From positions 166 through 64,165 of the forward strand of contig JABGRQ010000075.1 of the NCBI GenBank assembly GCA_018648225.1: a DNA stretch of 64,000 nt, given 5' to 3'. This DNA comes from Chloroflexota bacterium. Lineage in GTDB: Bacteria > Chloroflexota > Anaerolineae > Anaerolineales > UBA11858. Below, piece after piece: positions 38,070 through 47,615 of the stretch. The notes beneath the pieces are model-generated. The model did no database searches. It was not told where the DNA came from and saw only the letters and a list, made by a program, of their open reading frames with translations. Numbering within the stretch: position 1 is the stretch's first letter; every line of letters begins with the position of its first letter. A program made the position numbers and the translations under genes.

Positions 38070-39410
38070 TTACAAATCCACAAAATAGGCCAGAGCGGCG
38101 CGATCAATCAGGTCACGGGTCATAGTTGGCTCAAATGACATAAAATTGCTAATATCTAGGATTTGATCGCATAAATCGCGCGGGTGTGATGCACGCAGTT
38201 TGCGATTGTGTTTGATATACCATTCCTGCAATAAATACGCCAATCCCTGATCGCGATAGCCAACCCCCTTGGCTTTCGCCATCCGCTGGAAAATTTCGCG
38301 ATACTCCTCATAGGTGGGGTCGCCGACTTCAATTTTATGCCGCAACCGCCGTAGAAAAGCTTCATCCACCAGGTCTTTCGGGGGCAGGTTGGTGGAGAAC
38401 ACAATCAGCACGTCAAAAGGAACTTCAACCTTGCGCCCGGTGTGCAGGGTCAGATAGTCGATGCGGTTTTCCAGCGGAACAATCCAGCGGTTGAGCAGAT
38501 CGCGCGGGCGCACAAGCTGGCGTCCGAAGTCATCTATCAGCAAAATGCCGCCGTTGGCCTTCACCTGGAAGGGCGCTTCATAGAATTTATTAACGTCATC
38601 GAATACCAGGTCCAATCCATCCATGGTCAACTCGCCGCCGGTCATAATAAAGGGGCGCTGAATCAGCACCCAGCGGGTGTCGCGCCGCGCACCCGCGCGT
38701 AGCGATCCGGTGCCGCGTGCCGTGGTGTCTTTCTCCGGGGCGCGTTTGTGGTTTACATTATCGTAAAGTTTGACCACCTGACCATCGACATAAATCGCAT
38801 AGGGGATATACATAGTAGTACTGAGGATCATTTGCCCAACGGAGCGCGCTACGCTGGTTTTTCCGTTCCCGGGCGGACCATACAGGAAAATTGAAGAGCC
38901 TGAATTGACCGCAGGGCCGATGCGCTGGAATGTTGTTTCGTTGAGTACCAGATGAGCGAGCGCCTGGCGCAGAACCCGGCTAGTGACGCGCAGCCGCCCG
39001 CGCTGCTGATTGCGAATCGAGCGGTTGTAGACTTCCAGTGGAACCGGCGCTGGCCCGGCATATTGGCTGCGTTCTAGTGCTTCGCGGGCCCGGTCGATTC
39101 CGGCCCCAGTGATAGCGTATTGATAGGACCCCTCACCCAACCCCATTTGGGAAGACTTTACCTCAACAAATTTCTCTCTTTTTAGTGCATTTAGAATTTG
39201 ATCGGTGACTCCAGCAAAGGGCAAAGCCACTGTTTCGGCCACCTGAAAACCGGTTAGATAGCCCTGAAAATACAAAACCTTGAGCACCAGGTCTTGCAAC
39301 CATAACTGCGATAACCCGGTATCTTCTACCTTTGTGATCGGCGCGGGTATAAACGGCCCTTTGCCGGTTGGAGGATTTAAACCTCCCTTTGATGAACTCA
39401 GCGCGGTCAT
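38070..39410 (-). CDS. AAA+ ATPase with N-terminal winged-helix-like region
   Basis: Walker A LYGPPGNGKTS, Walker B ILLIDDFG and sensor-1 VFSTN. The N-terminal ~110 aa resemble a wHTH. ATG 39410 follows GGGAGAG; the track ORF starts at 39473. Confidence 0.7.
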   Translation of the reverse strand: MTALSSSKGGLNPPTGKGPFIPAPITKVEDTGLSQLWLQDLVLKVLYFQGYLTGFQVAETVALPFAGVTDQILNALKREKFVEVKSSQMGLGEGSYQYAITGAGIDRAREALERSQYAGPAPVPLEVYNRSIRNQQRGRLRVTSRVLRQALAHLVLNETTFQRIGPAVNSGSSIFLYGPPGNGKTSVARSVGQMILSTTMYIPYAIYVDGQVVKLYDNVNHKRAPEKDTTARGTGSLRAGARRDTRWVLIQRPFIMTGGELTMDGLDLVFDDVNKFYEAPFQVKANGGILLIDDFGRQLVRPRDLLNRWIVPLENRIDYLTLHTGRKVEVPFDVLIVFSTNLPPKDLVDEAFLRRLRHKIEVGDPTYEEYREIFQRMAKAKGVGYRDQGLAYLLQEWYIKHNRKLRASHPRDLCDQILDISNFMSFEPTMTRDLIDRAALAYFVDL

Positions 39411-39486
39411 AGACTCTCCCGGTTGGCTAGATGAGCTGAAACGTATGCTGATTATAGCACGCAGGTTGAACATTCAAAAGCCGCGC

Positions 39487-40221
39487 ATGGAAAACTCACC
39501 CGAAAAAGCTCCCCAAAAACGCGGTATAATCGCCGCCATGACCCTCACCGTATTGATCCCAATCTATAACGAAGAAAACACCATTCGCGAGATTTTGAAG
39601 CGCGTCTATGCAACCCAATTGGCTGATGAAATCATTCTGGTCGATGATGGATCCGTCGATGGCACGCGGGCGATTCTACAAGAATTGGATGGTAAGGATG
39701 GTGTCCGGGTGATCCTGCATGAGCATAATCAGGGCAAAGGCGCGGCTGTTCGCACGGGTATCAAAGCTGCTACCGGTGATATTCTGCTCATTCAAGATGC
39801 TGACCTGGAGTACGATCCCCGCGATTATCCCAAGCTATTGCAGCCGATTGAAGAAGGCCTGGCCGAAGTCGTCTATGGTTCCCGCTTCTTGGGCGCACCG
39901 CACCGCGTGGCAATGTTCTGGCATATGCTTGCAAACAAGCTGCTCACGCTGATGACAAATATTCTCTATGACACGATTCTGACCGACATGGAAACCGGCT
40001 ATAAGGTTTTTAAACGTGAAGTGATTGCCGATATTCCCTTGCACGCCAAACGCTTTGAATTTGAGCCTGAATTTACGGCAAAGATTCTAAAACGCGGCGT
40101 GCGCATTTTCGAAGTGCCGATCTCGTTCAACCCCCGCGATTATGATGAAGGCAAGAAAATCGGGATTAGCGATGCTTTTGAAGCTGTTTGGGCCTTGCTC
40201 AAATACCGCTTCATTGACTGA
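39487..40221 (+). CDS. family-2 glycosyltransferase (polyprenol-phosphate sugar synthase-like)
   Basis: VLIPIYNEENTI, VDDGSVDGT and QDADLEYDP (DxD). An internal start was chosen because the track ORF from 39280 overlaps the divergent gene. Confidence 0.85.
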   Translation: MENSPEKAPQKRGIIAAMTLTVLIPIYNEENTIREILKRVYATQLADEIILVDDGSVDGTRAILQELDGKDGVRVILHEHNQGKGAAVRTGIKAATGDILLIQDADLEYDPRDYPKLLQPIEEGLAEVVYGSRFLGAPHRVAMFWHMLANKLLTLMTNILYDTILTDMETGYKVFKREVIADIPLHAKRFEFEPEFTAKILKRGVRIFEVPISFNPRDYDEGKKIGISDAFEAVWALLKYRFID

Positions 40222-40224
40222 GAA

Positions 40225-40284
40225 AATAACCAAAAAGAGAACGGAGCGTTTTTATACCAACGCTCCGTTCTCTTTTTGGTTATT
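40225..40284. terminator. 26-bp perfect hairpin, bidirectional terminator
   Basis: aataaccaaaaagagaacggagcgtt / aacgctccgttctctttttggttatt with an 8-nt loop. The right arm contains the recJ stop codon. Confidence 0.7.
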
Positions 40285-41977
40285 GTGATGGACGAATATC
40301 CCTCACGTTGAGTTGCAAGGTTTTTCGCCCCCGAAATTCATTAACTTCAAAACGATACAGCAAATCGATGCGCGGCGGCATGTCATCGTGCCAATCACCC
40401 AGGCGGAATGCAATCGCGTCGAAAGTTAGCTGCCCATCTGTGACAGATAATTTCAGATGACTCTGATCTTTGCCTACCCGGCGGCTATTTGTTACCTGGA
40501 GCCTGCGGCTGATAAACGCAACCTGCGGATTGCCGTATCCGGTGGGTTGCAGCCAATCGAGATATTCGAGCACTTCGGGCTTGAGCGCTGAGAGGGGGAG
40601 TTCCAGATCGGCCGTGAGAGTGGGCCGTAAATCTAACTCGGAGAGTTGTTCTGCGGCCAGGGATTTCAGCCGCGCGACCAGCTCGGTGAGGTTCTTGTTA
40701 TGGACAGTGAAGCCTGCCGCTGCGGCGTGGCCGCCATATTTTTCCAACAAGTCAGCACACTGATCTAATGCCTCGGTGATGTGAAACTCGCTGATGCTGC
40801 GGCACGAAGCGCGGGTATAGTCGCCATCGGTATGGCCCACAACCGCCGGACGATAATACTGATCGGTGAGCCGTGAAGCTGCCAGCCCAACTACACCGGC
40901 GTTGAAATCCGGATGCGCGGCGAAGAGCAGGAACGCGTCCGGGTCTTCTTCCAGGGCAAGGGTTTCGGCCTGCGCTTGAATCTCGCGGGTGATGCTTTGG
41001 CGTTTGCGATTTTGGATTTCAAGTTGCTGGGCCATTTCTCCAGCTTTAAGTAAGTCCTGAGTAGTCAGCAGGTGCAGCGCGTCTGTGGCCGTATCCAGCC
41101 GCCCGGCGGCATTCAGCCGCGGCCCCAGGCCAAAACCAATATCTGTGGCCGTCATTTTCTCGGGCTGGATACTGGCGATTCCCATCAGCGAGCGAATGCC
41201 CTGGCGGCGTGTCTGGCGTAATTGCGACAGACCATCGCGCACCAGCGTGCGGTTTTCGCCAATCAGGGGGACGAGATCGGCCACAGTGCCTAGGGCTACC
41301 AAATCGAGATAATCTTCGGCCTGGGCGTGGGCCGAAAATTCAATTTTACTGGCAAGCGCCGCGGCTAATTTGTAGGCTACCCCTACCCCGGCGAGATTTT
41401 TCTCGGGATAATCGCTGTCGACGCGTTTGGGGTCTATCACAGCGATCGCCTCGGGCAGTTCTTCCCCAGGGTTGTGGTGATCGCTAATTATCAGATCCAA
41501 CCCGATGTCACGCGCGTGACGCGCTTCTTCCAACGAGCGAATCCCGCAATCAACGGTGATCACCAGGTCTACCCCTTCTTCTTTCAGTTGGCTCAGGGCG
41601 GCTGTATTGAGTCCATAGCCTTCCTCAAAACGATGAGGAATATACCCCACCACATCTGCCTGGAGCGAGTTGAAAACCTGCACCAGCAGCGCGGTTGCGG
41701 TGACGCCGTCCACATCGTAATCGCCATAAATGGCGATTTTTTGCTGCTTTTCGATGGCGAAAAGAATGCGCTCGACTGCGGCCTGCATATCGGGCAGCTG
41801 GAAGGGATTGGTGTCGAAGCCGGATTTCGCTTCTAGAAAATTGCGCGCCTGTTCATGTGTTGAGTAGCCGCGATTAAAAAGAATTTGTCGCATCAGCGGC
41901 GGATAGCCGTGCAGGGCTTGATCGGCCTCGGGTGTGAGACGGTGGGCGAGTTGCCAGTTCTTGGGAGTTGGATTCAT
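40280..41977 (-). CDS. recJ: single-stranded-DNA-specific exonuclease RecJ
   Basis: DHH family motifs (IYGDYDVDGVT, DCG, SDHHNPG) and a DHHA1 region. Confidence 0.95.
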   Translation of the reverse strand: MNPTPKNWQLAHRLTPEADQALHGYPPLMRQILFNRGYSTHEQARNFLEAKSGFDTNPFQLPDMQAAVERILFAIEKQQKIAIYGDYDVDGVTATALLVQVFNSLQADVVGYIPHRFEEGYGLNTAALSQLKEEGVDLVITVDCGIRSLEEARHARDIGLDLIISDHHNPGEELPEAIAVIDPKRVDSDYPEKNLAGVGVAYKLAAALASKIEFSAHAQAEDYLDLVALGTVADLVPLIGENRTLVRDGLSQLRQTRRQGIRSLMGIASIQPEKMTATDIGFGLGPRLNAAGRLDTATDALHLLTTQDLLKAGEMAQQLEIQNRKRQSITREIQAQAETLALEEDPDAFLLFAAHPDFNAGVVGLAASRLTDQYYRPAVVGHTDGDYTRASCRSISEFHITEALDQCADLLEKYGGHAAAAGFTVHNKNLTELVARLKSLAAEQLSELDLRPTLTADLELPLSALKPEVLEYLDWLQPTGYGNPQVAFISRRLQVTNSRRVGKDQSHLKLSVTDGQLTFDAIAFRLGDWHDDMPPRIDLLYRFEVNEFRGRKTLQLNVRDIRPSQ

Positions 41978-42912
41978 ACTTGTATCGATTGGCGTGCCAG
42001 TAGCAACGCGCCGATGATGCCAGCATCGTCGCCGAGGGCAGCGGTTGTGATCGTGAGATTTTTAATATACTGTTCAGATAGTATATGCTGGTGAAGCGAT
42101 TCGCGCACCGGGTTTAGCAAAAGCTCCCCGCTGCGTGAGACCCCGCCGCCAAAAATGACGATGCTGGGATTGAAAATGTGCAAAAAATCAGCCAGCGCCT
42201 GCCCCAGATAATAACCGGCGCGAGCGTAGGCCGCTTGCGCCAACGGGTCGCCCTGACGGGCTGCTTCGGCAACTGTTTTGGCAGAAATCTCGCTTTTGCC
42301 GATTAGCGAAGAAGTTGCGCCTTGCTCAAGTTCGTGTTTTACCCAGCGGGCAATGGATGTGCCGGATGAGATCGCTTCCAGGTGGCCGCGATGACCGCAT
42401 CCGCAGAGCGGGCCATCGGGCAAAACGGTGATATGCCCCAATTCGGTGGCAAAGCCTTGCGCGCCATGCAAGCGATGCCCGGCGCTGATAATACCGCCGC
42501 CGATACCAGTGCTGACTGTCAAATAGACCAGATGATTGTGCCCCTGGCCCGCGCCAGCTTGCCATTCACCCAACGCAGCCAGGTTGGCATCGTTATCCAG
42601 AAAAACCGGCACGCCTAATTTATTTTGTAAATCAGCGACCAGGGGAAAATTCATCAGGCCAGGAATATTAGGCGCGGTCAGAATAATCCCTTCTTGCGGG
42701 TTAATAGGGCCGGGCGCGGCTACGCCGATGGCAGAAATTTGCTCGCCTTTGGGCGCTACTTTTGCGATGAGTTGGATGAGACGTTCCTGAGGTGAAGCGC
42801 CGGGGCTTTGTGATGGAATTCGTTCAACGTGGATGGGTGTGAAGCCTTTTCCCCCGAAGGCAGCAACCCTCATTTGAGTGCCGCCAAGATCAATAGCAAT
42901 GAAAACAGTCAT
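41974..42912 (-). CDS. ROK family sugar kinase (glucokinase-like)
   Basis: IAIDLGGTQMRVA and the zinc motif CGCGHRGHLE. Start at ATG 42912; the track ORF extends to 43308 without homology. ATGA overlap with recJ. Confidence 0.85.
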   Translation of the reverse strand: MTVFIAIDLGGTQMRVAAFGGKGFTPIHVERIPSQSPGASPQERLIQLIAKVAPKGEQISAIGVAAPGPINPQEGIILTAPNIPGLMNFPLVADLQNKLGVPVFLDNDANLAALGEWQAGAGQGHNHLVYLTVSTGIGGGIISAGHRLHGAQGFATELGHITVLPDGPLCGCGHRGHLEAISSGTSIARWVKHELEQGATSSLIGKSEISAKTVAEAARQGDPLAQAAYARAGYYLGQALADFLHIFNPSIVIFGGGVSRSGELLLNPVRESLHQHILSEQYIKNLTITTAALGDDAGIIGALLLARQSIQV

Positions 42913-43065
42913 GCGCCAAGTATAGCATAAGCACCCGAATTCTGAGTACTTCGTATTGGGGGTCTCATGGTAATTCCCAAAGAACCTGCACAGCTTTTCG
43001 ACATCTGAGATTTCTGTGATGTATAATAGAAGTTGTTTAGACTTGTCATCCCCGATCAATAAACA

Positions 43066-43452
43066 GTGGAGCAGCGAGTGCCCTATACAATTGATTACGA
43101 TCTGGAAGCAGATATTATTCAGGTTACCGTTTCCGACGAACTGGATTTGCCGCTGCTCCAGAATATGGCAAAAAGCGTGGCAATACTGATGCATGAGACG
43201 GGTTGTAAGCGCGTGCTTAATGACTTGCGCAATGCTACCGCTGCACAGCTTGCGATTGAGATTTTTAATATGCCTACAACCGCAAGCGATTCGGGCATCG
43301 ATGCACAAAGCCAGCGTGCGCTTGTTGTGGGGGATAAAGCCTCAGAATTTTATTTTCTGGAAACCATGTTTATCAACCGGGGACATTTTATAAAAACATT
43401 TGCTGACATGCGTGCTGCTACAGAGTGGTTAATTGGCGATGATGTAGCTTGA
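43066..43452 (+). CDS. small SpoIIAA/STAS-fold-like protein (tentative)
   Basis: 128-aa ORF whose pattern loosely resembles SpoIIAA-like domains. The in-frame GTG at 43078 has the better SD (GGAG). Confidence 0.4.
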   Translation: MEQRVPYTIDYDLEADIIQVTVSDELDLPLLQNMAKSVAILMHETGCKRVLNDLRNATAAQLAIEIFNMPTTASDSGIDAQSQRALVVGDKASEFYFLETMFINRGHFIKTFADMRAATEWLIGDDVA

Positions 43453-44182
43453 CTGCCACCAGCGCATACCCCAGCGGGAAAGCGCGGCTGGAAATATGTG
43501 AGAATTTCTTTCCTGGTCCAAAAGTGGTAAAAACTTGAACGAGGGATTGTAACAGGATGGCGAGAAACGCGCCGATGAGAGGAATAGCGCTGAGATGTTT
43601 GCCCAGTAAATCGGCCAGGACTTCGGGCGAACCCCCCAGAGGTTCCAGTTCCAGAAGGGTGAAGCCTGCCTCCGAGGCGTAGCGGCGCAACGCAAATTCC
43701 GTGAAACGATGATAATCGTGTGGCGCCTCATGGATGCCATAATAAAACGGCACCGTCAGGAGCAGCTTTCCCCCGGGGGTGAGAATCCGGTTCATTTCGT
43801 TCCACAAACCTTGAGGGTTGGGTATATGCTCCAGCACATCGGCCAGGATGATGGTATCGAAGGTCTCTGCACTCAGCGGCAGTATATCGGCTAGATTGCA
43901 GGTAAAATCCAGATACTGGCTTTGTGGCAGACTGATTCGCCAATCGGTGCATAAAATTGCCTCGGTGTGAGGAATGTAGAGCGGATAAAGAGGGATTTTC
44001 CCGCAACCCAGGTCAATCAATTTGCCGCGCGCATGTTCGGGGATAGCCTGTGCATAGAAAGCGGCAATCCTCCCGGCAGTCAGACGCGAGCCAACCCCTA
44101 ACTTGGCGCGATCGAGCGACGGAATAAGTCTCCCTTTTTTTAGAATAAATTTGCTCGTTTTCCACGAATTTGGATTTCTCAT
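43418..44182 (-). CDS. class I SAM-dependent methyltransferase
   Basis: Motif I LIDLGCGKIP and post-I/II FDTIILADVLEHIPNP. Confidence 0.85.
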   Translation of the reverse strand: MRNPNSWKTSKFILKKGRLIPSLDRAKLGVGSRLTAGRIAAFYAQAIPEHARGKLIDLGCGKIPLYPLYIPHTEAILCTDWRISLPQSQYLDFTCNLADILPLSAETFDTIILADVLEHIPNPQGLWNEMNRILTPGGKLLLTVPFYYGIHEAPHDYHRFTEFALRRYASEAGFTLLELEPLGGSPEVLADLLGKHLSAIPLIGAFLAILLQSLVQVFTTFGPGKKFSHISSRAFPLGYALVAVKLHHRQLTTL

Positions 44183-44243
44183 AAAGGTGTTTTTGAGTTT
44201 GATGGACGTTGACGCCGGTTTGAAAGCTTGCTATTATGCTAAC

Positions 44244-45584
44244 ATGAATAAAACAGTTCCTGACGTCGAAATTTTTAAGTTTTGGAAACGTATCACGGCT
44301 TCGTTGCGTTGGTTACGCCCCGGACTGGGCGTGAAACGTTGGCTGGGGTTGGTGTTGTTAGGGACAACTTTTTTGGCGGTTGGGTTTGCGCTGCTCCTGC
44401 TGGATTTCTATCGAACTGCGCCAGAGAGTTGGTGGCTGCCATTGCTTTCGTGGGCCGCGCTGCGCCCTTTGCCGCGGCTGTTGCGTGTGATAATTTTCGG
44501 CAGTGTTGGTCTGTTGATTTTGTTCGGCGGTATTCTAGGTTTGAATCGGGCACTGCTGCTGCCTTACCGCCAACCGGGACGCGCTTTTGTAGATACGCTG
44601 GATGCTCACCGCCGTCGCCAGTATGGGCCGCGCATCGTCGCGGTTGGCGGCGGGCATGGACTTTCGATGTTGTTGCGCGGGATGAAGGCCTATTCCCACC
44701 GGATAACCGCAGTTGTCACCGTAGCGGATGATGGCGGTTCTTCGGGGCGTTTGCGTAACTCGATGGGCATCTTGCCGCCCGGCGATATTCGCAATTGCTT
44801 GGCGGCTTTGTCGAATGATGAAGCTATGATGGCGCAATTATTCCAGTATCGTTTCGCCGCGGATAATGCTGAACTTCGGGGTCATTCGTTTGGAAATTTA
44901 TTTATTACCGCGCTATCTGAGATCACCGGCAGTTTTGAAGAAGCGGTAGCCGAATCGGGAAAGGTGCTGGCGGTGCGCGGGCGAGTGCTGCCCTCATCGC
45001 TGCACGATGTCCGTTTGGTTGCGGATATCCTCCCTCAGCATGCCACGCAAGAAGTGCGCATCCGCGGTGAGAGTCGTATTCCCAAAATTCGCGGTCGCAT
45101 TCGCCATGTCTGGTTGGAGCCGAATAATCCGCCCGCATTCCCCAAAGTGATTCAGGCTGTTCTCGCTGCCGATATTATTCTGGTAGGGCCAGGGAGTTTA
45201 TACACCAGCATTTTGCCCAATTTGTTGGTGCCCGATATTGCCGCCGCGATTCGAGTTAGCCAGGCGTTTAAGGTTTTTGTGTGTAATGTAGCTACACAGC
45301 CCGGCGAGACCGAAGGATTTACCTGTTCAGATCATGTGAAGGTGATCCGCGAGCATGTTGGCGAAGGTTTGTTTGATCTTGTGCTGCACAATAATAATTT
45401 TGTGGGCAAATTGCAGCCAGAGATGCAATGGGTTTACCTCGGCAATGAAACAGATACGCGTTTACCCGTGTATGAAATTGACTTGATCGATGAAGATGAG
45501 CCCTGGCACCACGATCCGAAAAAGTTGGCGACCGTGTTGATGGATTTGTATCAGCTACGCACCGGGCCGCTGACGGAAGCGTAA
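44244..45584 (+). CDS. yvcK: YvcK/CofD-family gluconeogenesis factor
   Basis: GPRIVAVGGGHGLSMLLRGMK..ITAVVTVADDGGSSGRLR, with an N-terminal two-TM extension. Start at ATG 44244. Confidence 0.9.
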   Translation: MNKTVPDVEIFKFWKRITASLRWLRPGLGVKRWLGLVLLGTTFLAVGFALLLLDFYRTAPESWWLPLLSWAALRPLPRLLRVIIFGSVGLLILFGGILGLNRALLLPYRQPGRAFVDTLDAHRRRQYGPRIVAVGGGHGLSMLLRGMKAYSHRITAVVTVADDGGSSGRLRNSMGILPPGDIRNCLAALSNDEAMMAQLFQYRFAADNAELRGHSFGNLFITALSEITGSFEEAVAESGKVLAVRGRVLPSSLHDVRLVADILPQHATQEVRIRGESRIPKIRGRIRHVWLEPNNPPAFPKVIQAVLAADIILVGPGSLYTSILPNLLVPDIAAAIRVSQAFKVFVCNVATQPGETEGFTCSDHVKVIREHVGEGLFDLVLHNNNFVGKLQPEMQWVYLGNETDTRLPVYEIDLIDEDEPWHHDPKKLATVLMDLYQLRTGPLTEA

Positions 45585-45604
45585 ATAATCTCAAGGAGGG
45601 TATT

Positions 45605-46432
45605 ATGGAACTTCAAATTTCACTTGTTCAACTAGCTTTTGAATTTGGTGATGTTGAAGAAAATTTTGACCGCGCTTCCGCGCAAATCGCCGAAGCTGCC
45701 GCGAGCGGTAGCCAATTGGTGTTATTACCCGAGTTGTGGAATAGCGGTTTTGATCTGGAAAATCGCTATAAATATGCTACTAAGCTGAATGAAGGGAGTT
45801 TTGCTCGCCTGAGCGCACTGGCACGTGGGCATAATATGGCGATTGGTTGTTCTTTTCTTGAAAAAGACAGTGAATGTAATTGCAATCCTGATGAAGATGA
45901 TTGCGGCGTGTTTAACACCTTCGTTCTTTTTGGACCCAATGGAACGCTTTGGGCTGATTATCGAAAAACCCATCTTTTTCGATTGTTAAAGGAAGATCAA
46001 TATCTTTGCGCTGGCGACTATTTGGGATATTTTCAAATTCCTGAATGGGGTACAGCTATTGGCTTGAGCATTTGTTATGATTTGCGTTTTCCGGAGTTGT
46101 TCCGTGTCTCTGCCGCGCGTGGCGCAAAACTTATGCTCGTGGTTGCTGAGTGGCCGGAGAAGCGGATAGAGCATTGGCGTAGCCTGTTGCGGGCGCGCGC
46201 AATTGAAAACCAATTTTTCGTTGCCGCGGTCAATAAGGTTGGGGAAAGTCAAACAGTGAAGTTAGGTGGTCATAGTGCTGTCATCAGCCCTACTGGTGGA
46301 ATACTGGTTGAGGGTGGCGATAGTGGCGCGCTTTTGACAGCGAAAATTAATCTGGAAGAAGTAGATGACGCTCGTAGGGAAATACCTGTGCTTGAAGATC
46401 GGCGCGAGGATTTATATTGCCAGTGGGAATGA
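45605..46432 (+). CDS. carbon-nitrogen hydrolase family protein (omega-amidase/nitrilase-like)
   Basis: Catalytic E-K-C context: LLPELWNSGF, YRKTHLF and LSICYDLRFPE. SD AAGGAGGG. Confidence 0.85.
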   Translation: MELQISLVQLAFEFGDVEENFDRASAQIAEAAASGSQLVLLPELWNSGFDLENRYKYATKLNEGSFARLSALARGHNMAIGCSFLEKDSECNCNPDEDDCGVFNTFVLFGPNGTLWADYRKTHLFRLLKEDQYLCAGDYLGYFQIPEWGTAIGLSICYDLRFPELFRVSAARGAKLMLVVAEWPEKRIEHWRSLLRARAIENQFFVAAVNKVGESQTVKLGGHSAVISPTGGILVEGGDSGALLTAKINLEEVDDARREIPVLEDRREDLYCQWE

Positions 46433-47463
46433 TACAAATTGATGGCTCCTACGGTGAGGGCGGCGGGCAGATTCTGCGCAGCGCGTTAACACTTTCGCTA
46501 TTAACCGGCACCCCCTTACACATTGAAAATATCCGTGCCGGACGCTCAAAGCCGGGATTGCGTCCGCAACATCTGGCCGCGGTGCGGGCTGCCGCGGCGA
46601 TCAGCGCGGCACAAGTTGAAGAGGCTAAAATCGGCTCGATGGAGTTGGATTTTCATCCTGGCCCCATCAACGCCGGGAAATATCACTTTGATATTGGTAC
46701 CGCAGGGGCGACATCATTAGTATTGCAAGCGATATTCTTGCCCTTGAGTTTTGCACCTAACCGCTCTGTGGTCACGATCACCGGGGGGACGCACGTACCC
46801 TGGAGTCCTTGTTTTCACTATCTCGATGAACATTGGCTGCCCTTTATGCAGCGGATGGGGTTTGAAGCCACCCTGACATTGGAGCGGCCGGGCTTCAATC
46901 CGCAAGGCGGCGGGGTGCTGCGTGCGCAGATTGAACCGGTTGCTGAAATCAGCCCATTATCCATCATGCAGCGCGGTAAATTGAAACAAATTCGCGGTCT
47001 GTCGGCAGTGGTAGGGTTGCCGCGTGAAATTGCCAAACGCCAGCGTCTGCGCGTGGTGGCGTGTTTAGGGAGTAAATTCCCGTTGAATGATATTCGCATC
47101 GCTGAGATCAAAGCTCCCACCAAAGGCACGTTTATTGCGCTGGTGGCTGAATTTGAATATGGGCAGGCCTGTTGTTGTGCCCTGGGCGCACCGGGTAAGC
47201 GCGCCGAAGCCATTGCCGATGAAGTTGCCGATGCGATTGAAACCTTTATGCAAACTGATGGCGCTGTAGATCGCTATCTTGTCGATCAGCTTTTGTTGCC
47301 GATGGCGCTGGCGCGGGGTAAATCCATGCTGCGCACGGAGCGCATCACGCAGCATTTGCAGACCAATGCCTGGGTGATCGAGCAATTTTCCGCGGCGCGC
47401 ATTGTAATTCAGGGAAAATTAGGGGAAGCAGGCCTGGTTAAAGTGTATCCGCCAGGGGTTTAG
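46429..47463 (+). CDS. rtcA: RNA 3'-terminal phosphate cyclase
   Basis: MIQIDGSYGEGGGQILRSALTLSLLTGTPLHIENIRAGRSKPGLRPQHL is collinear with E. coli RtcA. ATGA overlap with the upstream gene. Confidence 0.95.
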   Translation: MIQIDGSYGEGGGQILRSALTLSLLTGTPLHIENIRAGRSKPGLRPQHLAAVRAAAAISAAQVEEAKIGSMELDFHPGPINAGKYHFDIGTAGATSLVLQAIFLPLSFAPNRSVVTITGGTHVPWSPCFHYLDEHWLPFMQRMGFEATLTLERPGFNPQGGGVLRAQIEPVAEISPLSIMQRGKLKQIRGLSAVVGLPREIAKRQRLRVVACLGSKFPLNDIRIAEIKAPTKGTFIALVAEFEYGQACCCALGAPGKRAEAIADEVADAIETFMQTDGAVDRYLVDQLLLPMALARGKSMLRTERITQHLQTNAWVIEQFSAARIVIQGKLGEAGLVKVYPPGV

Positions 47464-47615
47464 GATTCAGCTTTTTGATGTATATCACCTTCGAGCGAGT
47501 CCGCCGTGCCCGTTGGGGTACAGATGTCAGGCTGTATTCGTGAAATAATTCATAATCCATATCCCTTGTAATCCACTATAATCGTTGTTTGGCCTTTTTG
47601 TTATTTGGAATTATT

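Noticed and set aside
42913-43308. Long N-terminal extensions in the ORF track. Examples: ROK kinase to 43308, ABC ATPase to 56344, GT2 from 39280, yvcK from 44103, aminotransferase from 25691, DsbA from 3341.
   Set aside because: The extensions lack homology, overlap neighbouring or divergent genes or terminator hairpins, and internal ATG/GTG codons with good SD sequences coincide with the start of family homology.
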